A stretch of DNA of 64,000 bases from Patescibacteria group bacterium (GTDB lineage: Bacteria > Patescibacteriota > Patescibacteriia > Magasanikbacterales > GWA2-37-8). Below, in pieces: positions 36,801 through 44,931 of this stretch. Made by a program: the position numbers and the translations under genes. Each line of letters starts with the position of its first letter. Positions within the stretch are counted from its first letter, which is position 1. The DNA is taken from positions 1,010 to 65,009 of the forward strand of contig JBAZKA010000004.1 in the NCBI GenBank assembly GCA_041651015.1. Direction: 5' to 3'. The notes beneath the pieces were generated by a model that had not been told where the DNA came from, searched no databases, and saw only the letters and a list, made by a program, of their open reading frames with translations.

Positions 36801-38668
36801 CCGACATAATTATTGGTTGATGAAACGACCATGGTCGCGGTTTGATTGCCAGTGGTTCCAACCGTCACGTTGTTTGAAGAAGCATTATAAGTCGCGTAAA
36901 TGGAATATTTCAAAGCGCCTAGTGTCGGCGAGGTAAACGAGGACGGCCAGGTGCCGTATGTTTGCGTCTTTGACAGACTCTGATTTGTGGCGCCAGTAGT
37001 ATAATAAAAATAATTTTGGCTGTCATTATCATTTTTTAACAACCAATAGGTGGAACTGCTGATAGTCGGCGAGGTTGATAATTTATAGGCATACCAAGCT
37101 TTTGTGGTGCCGACAGCGGTAGACGCCGAATTCGCCACCAAATTATAGCTGGAATTATAGATACCATAACCCGCATAGTAGCCGGAATCCGGATACATAT
37201 AGGCGGTGGTTGTGACGACTGTAGCGCCGGCCGCGCCCGAGCCGGAATCAAATTTTGAACCGACCATTCTTCCATTTATTGACGAAGTATAACTCGTCCC
37301 GGCCGTGGTGTTGCCAAAGGTCGGGTCAACGATTACCGGATAAACCGCCTCATCCAAAAAATATTGCGGCACGGTGATGGTCATTTTTCCGCTAACCTCG
37401 TCAATATTTAATTCGCACCAAGTATATCGTCCGCTCGCGTCAAATGCCTGCGGACGATAAATTGAAAACGCCATGCCGGTGCCATAATTTTTGCCACCCA
37501 TGGCTGAGTAATCTCCTTGCAAACCGCCCTTATAATAAACCGCGTAAGACCCAACCACGTTTATCGGACGATGATATTCATGGCATTCGGTCGGACTGCA
37601 ACTTGGGTCGCTCATTTCCACATTCAAAGGCGGCTGATAGAAAAACTCTAAATTTTCCGTAGCAATATCAAATTCAAAAACATTAGTGCTCGGTTTTGTC
37701 TTTAAAGCAAATTCAAATTCATAACCATCAACATTTTCACTCATCCCGTCGGAATATTTTTCATTCGGGATAGTGACAGTTTTATCATAAAAAATATATT
37801 GACGATGCGATGTTTCATATTTGATAACTTTCTCTTCGCCCAATTCATCTCTGTCAATAAACAATGCTTTCTCGGTGGACACACTTGAATCAGACAATGG
37901 TTCGTTCAGGATAGTGGAAAAATTTGCGAAAATTGCTTCTTCACCCTGAGAGTATTGAGTAATAGATACGACATCTTCACTCGGAGTATTAGTCGGGGTA
38001 TCAACGACAGTTGTGTCGGTTAAAACAGTTTCTTCGCTCAAAACCGTATCCGCCGTAGTAGTAGTGATACCGGAGTCACCAGTGACTGTGTCATCACCGG
38101 TTTCCGGCGTCAAAATAATACCTGAGGATGTCGCGACCTCCGCCTCCACCTTTACACCCAACACTTCGGCCGGCGCTTTTGTCTCTACCAAGGTATTGCC
38201 TGATATTTCCCCCTCAAACTTCGGAATTATTTTCATACTCGCTTCCCCATCCCAGCGTTCAATGGTTATTGCCGGAGAAAACGAATCGCCTTCGGGCGCG
38301 CCGATCTTGTAGGCCACACCGTCAATTTCTTTGGCCGGCAAAACAAAGGCTGATCCTTCCTGGCGATATTTGTCACGCAATGGCGAGGCGGCTAATTTAC
38401 GAGACAAAGAGATTGAATCCATAGCGCTTTCATCCGGAGCAAACAAACTGGCTGTCACAATTCCGACCAAGGAATTATCCTGATACCAAGGTATGTTTGA
38501 TGCAGCCGAACGCGTATCGCTCCACACCGGCCAGCCGTATACAAAAACAGCGATGAATACGCCCAAACAGGCGAAAATAATCGCTTTTTCAAAAAATAAT
38601 TTATTTTTTAGATACGTCAAAAAATTTCGCCGCATAAAAGAACTAAATCCATTTTTATTTTTTCTCAA
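33890..38668 (-). CDS. Giant membrane-anchored surface protein (1592 aa) with internal tandem ~160-aa repeats and a C-terminal WxL-like/TasA-like module
   Basis: N-terminal TM (AIIFACLGVFIAVFVYGW). Ser/Thr/Gly-rich beta-rich sequence. C-terminal ...VSVTVSDGVVSYGTIAENS...TITNNGNV...CTWTLATSNG...YVHRFCNDTDLDC...NYTAM. Start overlaps the stop of the upstream gene (translational coupling). Confidence 0.6.
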   Translation of the reverse strand: MRKNKNGFSSFMRRNFLTYLKNKLFFEKAIIFACLGVFIAVFVYGWPVWSDTRSAASNIPWYQDNSLVGIVTASLFAPDESAMDSISLSRKLAASPLRDKYRQEGSAFVLPAKEIDGVAYKIGAPEGDSFSPAITIERWDGEASMKIIPKFEGEISGNTLVETKAPAEVLGVKVEAEVATSSGIILTPETGDDTVTGDSGITTTTADTVLSEETVLTDTTVVDTPTNTPSEDVVSITQYSQGEEAIFANFSTILNEPLSDSSVSTEKALFIDRDELGEEKVIKYETSHRQYIFYDKTVTIPNEKYSDGMSENVDGYEFEFALKTKPSTNVFEFDIATENLEFFYQPPLNVEMSDPSCSPTECHEYHRPINVVGSYAVYYKGGLQGDYSAMGGKNYGTGMAFSIYRPQAFDASGRYTWCELNIDEVSGKMTITVPQYFLDEAVYPVIVDPTFGNTTAGTSYTSSINGRMVGSKFDSGSGAAGATVVTTTAYMYPDSGYYAGYGIYNSSYNLVANSASTAVGTTKAWYAYKLSTSPTISSSTYWLLKNDNDSQNYFYYTTGATNQSLSKTQTYGTWPSSFTSPTLGALKYSIYATYNASSNNVTVGTTGNQTATMVVSSTNNYVGGAFYIVGDATSRNVTGISINEIGTVDAQNNLDNIKLYYELDTVTPYDCASVSYNGTETQYGSTDTDGFSASNGTSTFSGTVAVTSAQAMCVYAVVDVGSGAGEGQTIEIQITNPSTAVTISSGAVGPSSAVAITGSTALVSSVTVGTGGSQATGMTIPSTDNYVGGYFSIIENAGSRNVTGISIFENGTVDAQTDLDNIKLYYDLDATTPYDCASESYGGTETQFGSTDTDGFSAANGTSTFSGSVGISTTSAMCVYTVLDVASGATLGETLEIQISDPSTGVTVSSGTTGPSSTVAISGSTVFALPTISGSIGKTSDGWSGAIPVNMTLNGLSYLDYPYARASTTNSVGDNLYTNLTWDAIDGRYEGVIYPGSNFCNGCADPNTGTFRTTLQLSSSSNFSSIDYSTTTANFTTYITRRWNAISTAAMGNGAEFNPTWSVDHWNYEVADFSVNAAATYSNVAIAFPFHPTTSDINITSVSLAGTALSEGTAASTTDCWWWDSGHHTLYIQDNSMGTTYKTVAFSFTSDTDLFATRYDRLYTYNIGERLFYNGLVFANQFINTPMFGGGYEGAGEQVEMSCRNSSDNDVNLDCMERTAVVVNDTVRIDSSGYYAGDIKWKQDEWANYIVSEDDNSITTLVHSDGAANGWAQQLATGIDAYRYQTFYASKRYLKNVYTFTNASSTAYDYPLVWGREQWLGTDRNTNDKGWVAGETTSSTVERQITMSSLTKKWFTTYDTGIWAAMGVIFDQDDPATYGYYFQHSPVSSTIEWPLQVAVKSTNEADDIYFVRRWDDLPAGASTTFTFWQWGYCTTSLNAITTTIDKDYDEVNSVTPVVSVTVSDGVVSYGTIAENSSVSTIDLGDLQTITNNGNVTEDFAIKGQDGSGGGCTWTLATSNGADQYVHRFCNDTDLDCSSPPTNYTAMTTTYQNIDTNVAADGTTQFQLRLTAPSASTCYGEQDVDVTLLATQS
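35880..36860 (-). repeat. Two tandem ~480-490-bp coding repeats inside the giant surface gene
   Basis: Protein copies share ...NYVGG(A/Y)F(Y/S)I(V/I)...SRNVTGISI.ENGTVDAQ..LDNIKLYY.LD..TPYDCAS.SY.GTETQ.GSTDTDGFSA.NGTSTFSG... DNA at 35931-36045 vs 36421-36540 and at 36181-36330 vs 36665-36810 is clearly related. Confidence 0.6.
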
Positions 38669-39044
38669 TCTTCTTCGCCATTTTATAAATTTTGCCGGCT
38701 GTGGCCGAAACAGCTCTGTCCACCGCTTCTTTCGCTGATTCAGTATAATCCTCGGATTTATCCTCGGCCCAACTCTTTGCTTTTTTAATGGCCGCGTCTT
38801 TGACCGCCGTGCCCACTCCCTTGAACACCGAATTCATGGCAAAAGAAATCATCTCCACTTTTTCTTGGATAAAACCGATGGCGTCGGCCAAGGATTGCAG
38901 GCGGACGCGAAATTCTTCAATAATTTGGCTGGTATTTTTCAAAATTTTGCCCGCGTAATAAAACATCCAGCATAAAAAAACCGCCACCCAAATAATACAA
39001 AAAGAAATCACGATATACAAAATATCTTTTGATGATTCTATCAT
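38655..39044 (-). CDS. Small membrane protein with N-terminal TM and coiled-coil tail (DUF948-like), first gene of the surface operon
   Basis: LYIVISFCIIWVAVFLCWMFYYAG TM. Lys/Ala-rich helical tail. Stop overlaps the giant gene start. Confidence 0.45.
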   Translation of the reverse strand: MIESSKDILYIVISFCIIWVAVFLCWMFYYAGKILKNTSQIIEEFRVRLQSLADAIGFIQEKVEMISFAMNSVFKGVGTAVKDAAIKKAKSWAEDKSEDYTESAKEAVDRAVSATAGKIYKMAKKIEKK

Positions 39045-39121
39045 AGTTCCTCCGAGTTAATATATAAATTTTTCTACTTTTATATTATACCACGGCAAGA
39101 TGAAATTTGGAACAAGACAAC

Positions 39122-39424
39122 CTAAGCAGTTTCCTTTATCCTAATCTCGCGTCTTCCACTAATAAGACCGAGATTACCTTCTATGGAATTTTGTGAAATA
39201 ATTTCTGGCACTAAACCGTATCTCTGCCCGTTTGTAAGTTCAATGTCAACACTTTTTCCGTCAACATTGTGGAATGTTTTGCAAATACCCTCGCCATCTG
39301 TCAACGCTCTGTTGCCTGTACTTGTAATCACAACTGTCTTACCCTCAAATATTTGAGTCAAATGTTCGACCACCTCATCGGTGACCTTATTTTCTACTCC
39401 AACATCCATGTGACTTTCTTTCAT
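39122..39424 (-). CDS. Hypothetical 100-aa protein
   Basis: Clean ORF upstream of the surface operon promoter region. No family recognised. Confidence 0.4.
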   Translation of the reverse strand: MKESHMDVGVENKVTDEVVEHLTQIFEGKTVVITSTGNRALTDGEGICKTFHNVDGKSVDIELTNGQRYGLVPEIISQNSIEGNLGLISGRREIRIKETA

Positions 39425-39465
39425 ATAATTTGGACTAATAAATAATTAAAATTCAAAAATTTTAT

Positions 39466-41925
39466 TTATCCCCTAACTTCGGCACCCAAAACCTTGAGCG
39501 CCTTATTCACTTTTGCCATTACTTCGTCAATTTCCGAAGTATTCAACGTGCGCTCGGCGTGCGCGAGAGTCAGGCGATAAGCCAAACTTTTTTTGTCCGC
39601 GCTAATTTTTTCTCCCTCATAGACATCAAACAATTCCGCGTTCTTTATCAAAGCATCCGCGCCTTGAATGGCGGATATAATTTTTTCATGAGCGACGCTT
39701 TTGTCCGCCGTGAACGCAATGTCGCGCGTCACTTCCGGAAACAACGGCAACTTTTGATACGCAAGGGGTTCAGCCTCTTTTCTCGCCTCATCAAGCGCGT
39801 CAATATTTAATTCTAAAATCGCGGTCCGGACAGATAAATTAAAATTAGCGGACACGGACGGTTCAACTTCATAAATTGCGCCAACGACTTTGTCATCAAT
39901 TTTTATTTCGCCCGAACGAGTCGGATGCTGCCATGATTTTGTTTCGGATTTTTTAATTACAAAAGTTAAGCTCAATTCCTCGCAAATTCTTTCCAATACG
40001 GCCAGCGCCGAATTATACGGTTTATCGTTTTTCTTTTCTGCCGCCACAAACGTTAAATAATTTTCCTGCCGCGGCAACAACTCCGAACCATTCAAATTAG
40101 CTCTGACGCCGGCCAGTTCGGGGGTGAAAATTTTTCCAATTTCAAAAATTTTAATCGCGTCAAAATACTCAATATTCTTCACAACGTTTTCCAGTAAATT
40201 CGGCAAAAGAGAACGGCGCAAAAGCGGTTTTTCCTTAGAGAGCGGATTATCCAGCTCCAGATACTCGGCGCCGTCTCTCATTTTTTCTTTTTGTTCTCGG
40301 CTAACAAAAGAATAGTTGTAAATTTCCGAGGCGCGCATATCCCGCACCAAAACGTCACGGAGCAAATGTTCCAACGCGCGAATATTGTTTGTCGCAGGCG
40401 GGGCGATGGACATATCCGGCAAAGCCGATTTTAAATTTTCATAACCGTAAATTCTGGCCACTTCCTCCACCAAATCCTCAGCCATGCTCACATCTTTGGT
40501 AGCGCGCCAAGTCGGAATTTTGACCGACCATTTGTCGCCCTTGTCCGAGAGTTCAAAACCTAATTGAGCCAAAATTTTTACAATTTGTTTGGCTGGAATT
40601 TCTTCGCCTAATTTTTTGGCAAAAATGTTTTTTTCAATGCTGATCGGCCCGGTGGCAACGGTAAAGTGCTTTTCATCAACCAGCGCTTCAACTTTAGCGG
40701 AACGACAAGTTTCCCCTAATAATTCCACGGCTTTGTTCAACGCGTCATTACATAAGTTCGGGTCCAAACTTTTTTCAAAACGCGCCGATGAATCCGTGCG
40801 CAAGCTGTGGCGAATAGAGCTCTTACGGATGGATGAAGCATTAAAGGTCGCGGCCTCAAAAATTATTGTTTCGGTTTTATCGTTAATACCGCTATATTCC
40901 CCGCCCATGATACCGGCCAAAGCCAACGGTTTTTCGCTATCGGCAATAACCAAATCTTCTACTGATAATTCAATTTTATTTCCGTCAAGCAAAGTAAGAA
41001 ATTCACCCGGCTCGGCTTTTCTCACAATTATGCTTGTCAGTTGCTTATTGTTGACGGCCAATTGCTTTGCGTCAAATGCGTGCATGGGCTCGCCCAAATC
41101 CACCATCACGTAATTGGTGATATCCACGACATTATTTATCGGACGAATTCCAACCGCAGACAAACGTGCTTTCAGCCAATCCGGCGACTCGCCAATTTTT
41201 ATTCCGGATACAACCACGGCCATATAGCGCGGGCATAAATTTTTATCTTTTATTTCCACGGCCAAAGATACTGCGGATTTTTTGGCCGGCTTAATCGGTT
41301 TGGTCTTGTAATCCTTGATATTTTTGCCAAACAAAACCGCGACTTCGCGCGCAATTCCGTAATGACCCCACAAATCCGGACGATTACTGAGGGATTTATT
41401 ATCAATTTCCAAAATCGCGTCATCTAAATTCAAAATCTCGGCCAAGGGCTTGCCCACGGTCTCTTCCGCCACCACATCGGTCAAATCCACAATCTCGTGG
41501 TCGTCCTTGGGCGGAAACATTTCAGCGAGTCCAATTTCACTCGCCCCGCAAATCATACCAAATGACTCCACGTTTCTGATTTTGGCCGGCTCAAGCGTGA
41601 TTGGTTCGCCTTCGCCGTGCCATTTAACTTTGGCCCCGACTTTGGCCAAAGCCACCAGCATCCCCTCCCGCACATTGGAACCGCCGCAGACAATTTGTAA
41701 TCTTTCATTGCCGACACTCACTTGGCATAATTTTAATTTGTCCGCTTGCGGATGTTTCTCGGCCGACACAACCTTGCCCACCACCACATTGCCAAGCAGC
41801 GCGCCGGCATGTTCAATTCCCTCCACTTCCACCGTGGATAATTTTAATTTTTCCGCCACTTCTTCGGCGCTGACCGAATCCGGCAAATTCACATATTGTT
41901 TGAGCCAATTGAAGGAAATGTTCAT
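39466..41925 (-). CDS. pheT: Phenylalanine--tRNA ligase beta subunit
   Basis: 819 aa. tRNA-binding N-domain, B3/B4, B5, class II-like core, FDX-ACB C-terminal domain. Adjacent to pheS. Confidence 0.95.
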   Translation of the reverse strand: MNISFNWLKQYVNLPDSVSAEEVAEKLKLSTVEVEGIEHAGALLGNVVVGKVVSAEKHPQADKLKLCQVSVGNERLQIVCGGSNVREGMLVALAKVGAKVKWHGEGEPITLEPAKIRNVESFGMICGASEIGLAEMFPPKDDHEIVDLTDVVAEETVGKPLAEILNLDDAILEIDNKSLSNRPDLWGHYGIAREVAVLFGKNIKDYKTKPIKPAKKSAVSLAVEIKDKNLCPRYMAVVVSGIKIGESPDWLKARLSAVGIRPINNVVDITNYVMVDLGEPMHAFDAKQLAVNNKQLTSIIVRKAEPGEFLTLLDGNKIELSVEDLVIADSEKPLALAGIMGGEYSGINDKTETIIFEAATFNASSIRKSSIRHSLRTDSSARFEKSLDPNLCNDALNKAVELLGETCRSAKVEALVDEKHFTVATGPISIEKNIFAKKLGEEIPAKQIVKILAQLGFELSDKGDKWSVKIPTWRATKDVSMAEDLVEEVARIYGYENLKSALPDMSIAPPATNNIRALEHLLRDVLVRDMRASEIYNYSFVSREQKEKMRDGAEYLELDNPLSKEKPLLRRSLLPNLLENVVKNIEYFDAIKIFEIGKIFTPELAGVRANLNGSELLPRQENYLTFVAAEKKNDKPYNSALAVLERICEELSLTFVIKKSETKSWQHPTRSGEIKIDDKVVGAIYEVEPSVSANFNLSVRTAILELNIDALDEARKEAEPLAYQKLPLFPEVTRDIAFTADKSVAHEKIISAIQGADALIKNAELFDVYEGEKISADKKSLAYRLTLAHAERTLNTSEIDEVMAKVNKALKVLGAEVRG

Positions 41926-41926
41926 A

Positions 41927-42958
41927 TTAAAATTGTTTTATGAAGCGTAAATCTCCGCTCTCCATCAAACGCACATCATCAATGCTGTATTTCATCATGG
42001 CCAATCGGGACAAACCAAAACCAAAGGCAAATCCTTGGTAAACTTTCGGGTCAATTCCGCCCTCTTTCAAAACATTGGGGTGAATCATGCCAGCGCCAAA
42101 AATTTCCATCCAACCGGTATGCTTGCACACCCGGCAACCCGAGCCGGCGCAAAGCGAACAAGTCACCTCGCCGTTCACGCCCGGCTCCACGAACGGATAA
42201 AATTTCGGACGCAAACGAACTTCTGTGTTGGGGCCAAACAAATGTCTGGCCACTGTTTCCAACACGCCTTTCATATGCGCCAAGGTCAAATTTTTATCCA
42301 CGGCAAAACCCTCCAGCTGATAAAACGTGTGTTCATGCCGAGCATCCGTGGATTCGTTGCGAAAACATTTACCCGGCACAATCACGCGCAGAGGGGCGCC
42401 GTGTTCGCGCATGGCTCGGACCTGGACAGCTGAAGTTTGCGTGCGCATCACCCAGGCCGGATGATCTTTTACATAAAAAGTATCTTGGGTATCGCGCGCC
42501 GGATGGTCGGCTGGAATATTTATGGAAGTAAAATTAAAATAATCACTTTCCAACTCCGGGCCATCGGCAATTATAAATCCCATTTTAGAAAACAACTCTT
42601 CAATTGACCTCTGCACAATCGTGTTCGGATGAAAATGTCCGCGTTCATTTTTGGGCAGGGCGGGCGCGGACAAATCAATTGCTTCCGCAGCAAACATTTT
42701 TTCCGCGTCTTTGGCGCCAAGCACGGAGCGCTTTTCAGCGACAGCTTGTTCCAGCGCGATTTTCACTTCATTGGCCAAAGCGCCGATTGTCTTTTTTTCT
42801 TCCAACGGCAAATCTTTCAAGCCTTTCATTAGTTCGGTCAGCTCGCCAGCCTTGCGTCCGAGAATTTTATTTTCAATTTCCTCCAAATCCGCTAAACCAG
42901 CCGCGCCGGCAATGGTCGAAAGGGTGGTTTTTTTTAATTGAGTAAGTTTTTCTTGCAT
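41927..42958 (-). CDS. pheS: Phenylalanine--tRNA ligase alpha subunit
   Basis: 343 aa. Class II motifs (FRNESTDARHEHTFYQLEG; GFAFGFGLSRLAMM). Confidence 0.95.
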   Translation of the reverse strand: MQEKLTQLKKTTLSTIAGAAGLADLEEIENKILGRKAGELTELMKGLKDLPLEEKKTIGALANEVKIALEQAVAEKRSVLGAKDAEKMFAAEAIDLSAPALPKNERGHFHPNTIVQRSIEELFSKMGFIIADGPELESDYFNFTSINIPADHPARDTQDTFYVKDHPAWVMRTQTSAVQVRAMREHGAPLRVIVPGKCFRNESTDARHEHTFYQLEGFAVDKNLTLAHMKGVLETVARHLFGPNTEVRLRPKFYPFVEPGVNGEVTCSLCAGSGCRVCKHTGWMEIFGAGMIHPNVLKEGGIDPKVYQGFAFGFGLSRLAMMKYSIDDVRLMESGDLRFIKQF

Positions 42959-42984
42959 AAATTAAATTATTAACTTTGTAAGGG

Positions 42985-43085
42985 ATCTCCCTCCCCTTTT
43001 AGGGGAGGGGCAAGGGGTGGGGTTAAAAATCATCGCTTAACCCGATACCCCCACCTCTATCCTCCCCCTAATAGGGGGAGGAGGA
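42985..43085. other. GC-rich palindromes and a G-quadruplex-type motif in the rseP-pheS intergenic region
   Basis: ctccctcccctttt/aggggaggg palindrome (42987-43010). GGGGAGGGGCAAGGGGTGGGG at 43002-43022 (four G4 runs, loops 1/3/1). Second palindrome cctccccctaatagggggagg (43059-43085). Confidence 0.45.
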
Positions 43086-43093
43086 CGCCAAAC

Positions 43094-44275
43094 CTAAAAT
43101 ATTTTCTTAAAAAATTCAACAAATACGCCCCTGAATGTTCCGAGGTCGCGTACTGTCACCACCACCACGAGTATCATCAGTAATATAAAGCCGATCGCAT
43201 GCGCTCGTTGTTCGTATTTGGCAAAATTAATTCTTTTAAATTTATTGAGCACCAAAAACAATAACCGCCCACCGTCCAGAGCCGGCAAAGGTAAGATATT
43301 TATTACCGCCAAATTCAAAGATAAAATCGCGGTGAATTGCATCAAATAAATAAAACCCATCTCGGCCACTTGGCCGGTCATCACCGCAATGCCAATCGGG
43401 CCGGAAACCGCATCGCCCGCGCCCTTGCCGGCAAAAAGTCCGGCGATGAGCAAAGCAAAGGCGACAAAAATTTCTTTAATATAAACAAAAGTGTCAATAA
43501 ATCCGCGCCAAAGCGCTTGGTACCACACATATCTGATTGTGCCAATTTCGGCAATGCTCACGCCAATTCCGCCTTTGCCCGTATCCTCGTAAATAATCGG
43601 GGTAATTTTTTTCTCCAAAGTTTCATCACCGCGTTTAATGACAAACGTAATGGCTTCGGTTTTATGCGCATCAACATAATCTTGCATTTCGGATAAACGC
43701 GGCTCAACCAAATTTCCCACCTGCAAAATTTTATCATCACTTTTAATTCCGGCGAGCTCGGCCGGTTTACCGGCCAGCACGCCCATGATGGTAATGGAAC
43801 GATCAGTTACTTTGCTCACATCTTCCACACCATCCACCATGGTTGGCAATCCCACCATATAACTCGCGGATAATAAAACTCCGGCCAAAACAATGTTCAT
43901 GGTGACACCGGCTACAATCATAACCGCTTTTTTCCAGGTCTTGGCCATAATAAACGAATCCGGGTCAGTACTGTCTTTCTCTTCGCCTTTTACCCGCACA
44001 AATCCGCCAATCGGAATCCAGTTGATAGAATAAATCGTCCCACAACGCCAGCCATCCGGAGTTAATTCTTCGGTATTTTCCACATTGCCCCAAATTACGC
44101 GCCATTTTTTTTCATTACCGCGTACCAACCGTTGGATACCCACGGCGCGCGGCGGAAAACCAAAGCCAAATTCATAAACCCGCATCCCGCTTTTACGCGC
44201 GGCAATAAAATGCCCGAACTCATGAGAGAGGACAAGGACGCCGAGAACTAAGATGAAAATAATAATTGTTGTCAT
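43094..44275 (-). CDS. rseP: Site-2 protease (M50 family, RseP-like) with PDZ domain
   Basis: HEFGH zinc motif in the first TM region, PDZ segment, C-terminal LDGG motif. Confidence 0.85.
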   Translation of the reverse strand: MTTIIIFILVLGVLVLSHEFGHFIAARKSGMRVYEFGFGFPPRAVGIQRLVRGNEKKWRVIWGNVENTEELTPDGWRCGTIYSINWIPIGGFVRVKGEEKDSTDPDSFIMAKTWKKAVMIVAGVTMNIVLAGVLLSASYMVGLPTMVDGVEDVSKVTDRSITIMGVLAGKPAELAGIKSDDKILQVGNLVEPRLSEMQDYVDAHKTEAITFVIKRGDETLEKKITPIIYEDTGKGGIGVSIAEIGTIRYVWYQALWRGFIDTFVYIKEIFVAFALLIAGLFAGKGAGDAVSGPIGIAVMTGQVAEMGFIYLMQFTAILSLNLAVINILPLPALDGGRLLFLVLNKFKRINFAKYEQRAHAIGFILLMILVVVVTVRDLGTFRGVFVEFFKKIF

Positions 44276-44358
44276 AAATATGCTTTACATTCCTCTCCAA
44301 ACGAGTATAATAAATAAACAGCGGTTAAACTTAATTAACCTCTAAATTAATACAAAGT

Positions 44359-44925
44359 ATGACTGTAGTTTATATCATCATTGGTGTTTTGGCAATAGTC
44401 GCCATTTGGTTGATTGCCACGTATAATGGCTTAATTAAAAGCAAAAATCAGGTGGATGAAGCCTTTTCAGATATTGACGTTCAATTGAAACGCCGTTATG
44501 ACTTAATTCCCAATTTGGTGGAAACAGTCAAGGGCTATATGACCCACGAGCAAGGCACTTTGGTCAAATTGACCGAAGCCCGCGCCTCGGCCATGCAGGT
44601 CCACGATAATAAAAACGCCACCCTGGCCGAACGCGAGGCCGCAGAAAATACTTTATCCGGAACTTTGAAATCTTTATTTGCGGTGACGGAAAATTATCCA
44701 GACCTCAAAGCCAGCCAAAATTTCTTGCAATTGCAGGATGAAATTTCCGACACGGAAAATAAAATTCAGGCTTCACGCCGATTTTACAATGGTAATGTTC
44801 GCGATTTCAACACCAAAATTCAGGTCTTCCCCACCAACATGATTGCCAACTCGCTCAAATTTGTGAAATACGATTTCTTTCAGGCGGCCGACGGCGAAAA
44901 GCAAAACGTGCAGGTGAAATTCTAA
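44359..44925 (+). CDS. lemA: LemA family protein
   Basis: N-terminal TM then NGLIKSKNQVDEAFSDIDVQLKRRYDLIPNLV, the LemA signature. Confidence 0.85.
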   Translation: MTVVYIIIGVLAIVAIWLIATYNGLIKSKNQVDEAFSDIDVQLKRRYDLIPNLVETVKGYMTHEQGTLVKLTEARASAMQVHDNKNATLAEREAAENTLSGTLKSLFAVTENYPDLKASQNFLQLQDEISDTENKIQASRRFYNGNVRDFNTKIQVFPTNMIANSLKFVKYDFFQAADGEKQNVQVKF

Positions 44926-44931
44926 TATAAT

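Noticed and set aside
42959-43093. Possible T-box leader upstream of pheS
   Set aside because: Region is only ~135 nt and lacks a recognisable T-box (AATTAGGGTGGNACCGCG-like) sequence. Interpreted instead as GC palindromes/G4 motif.
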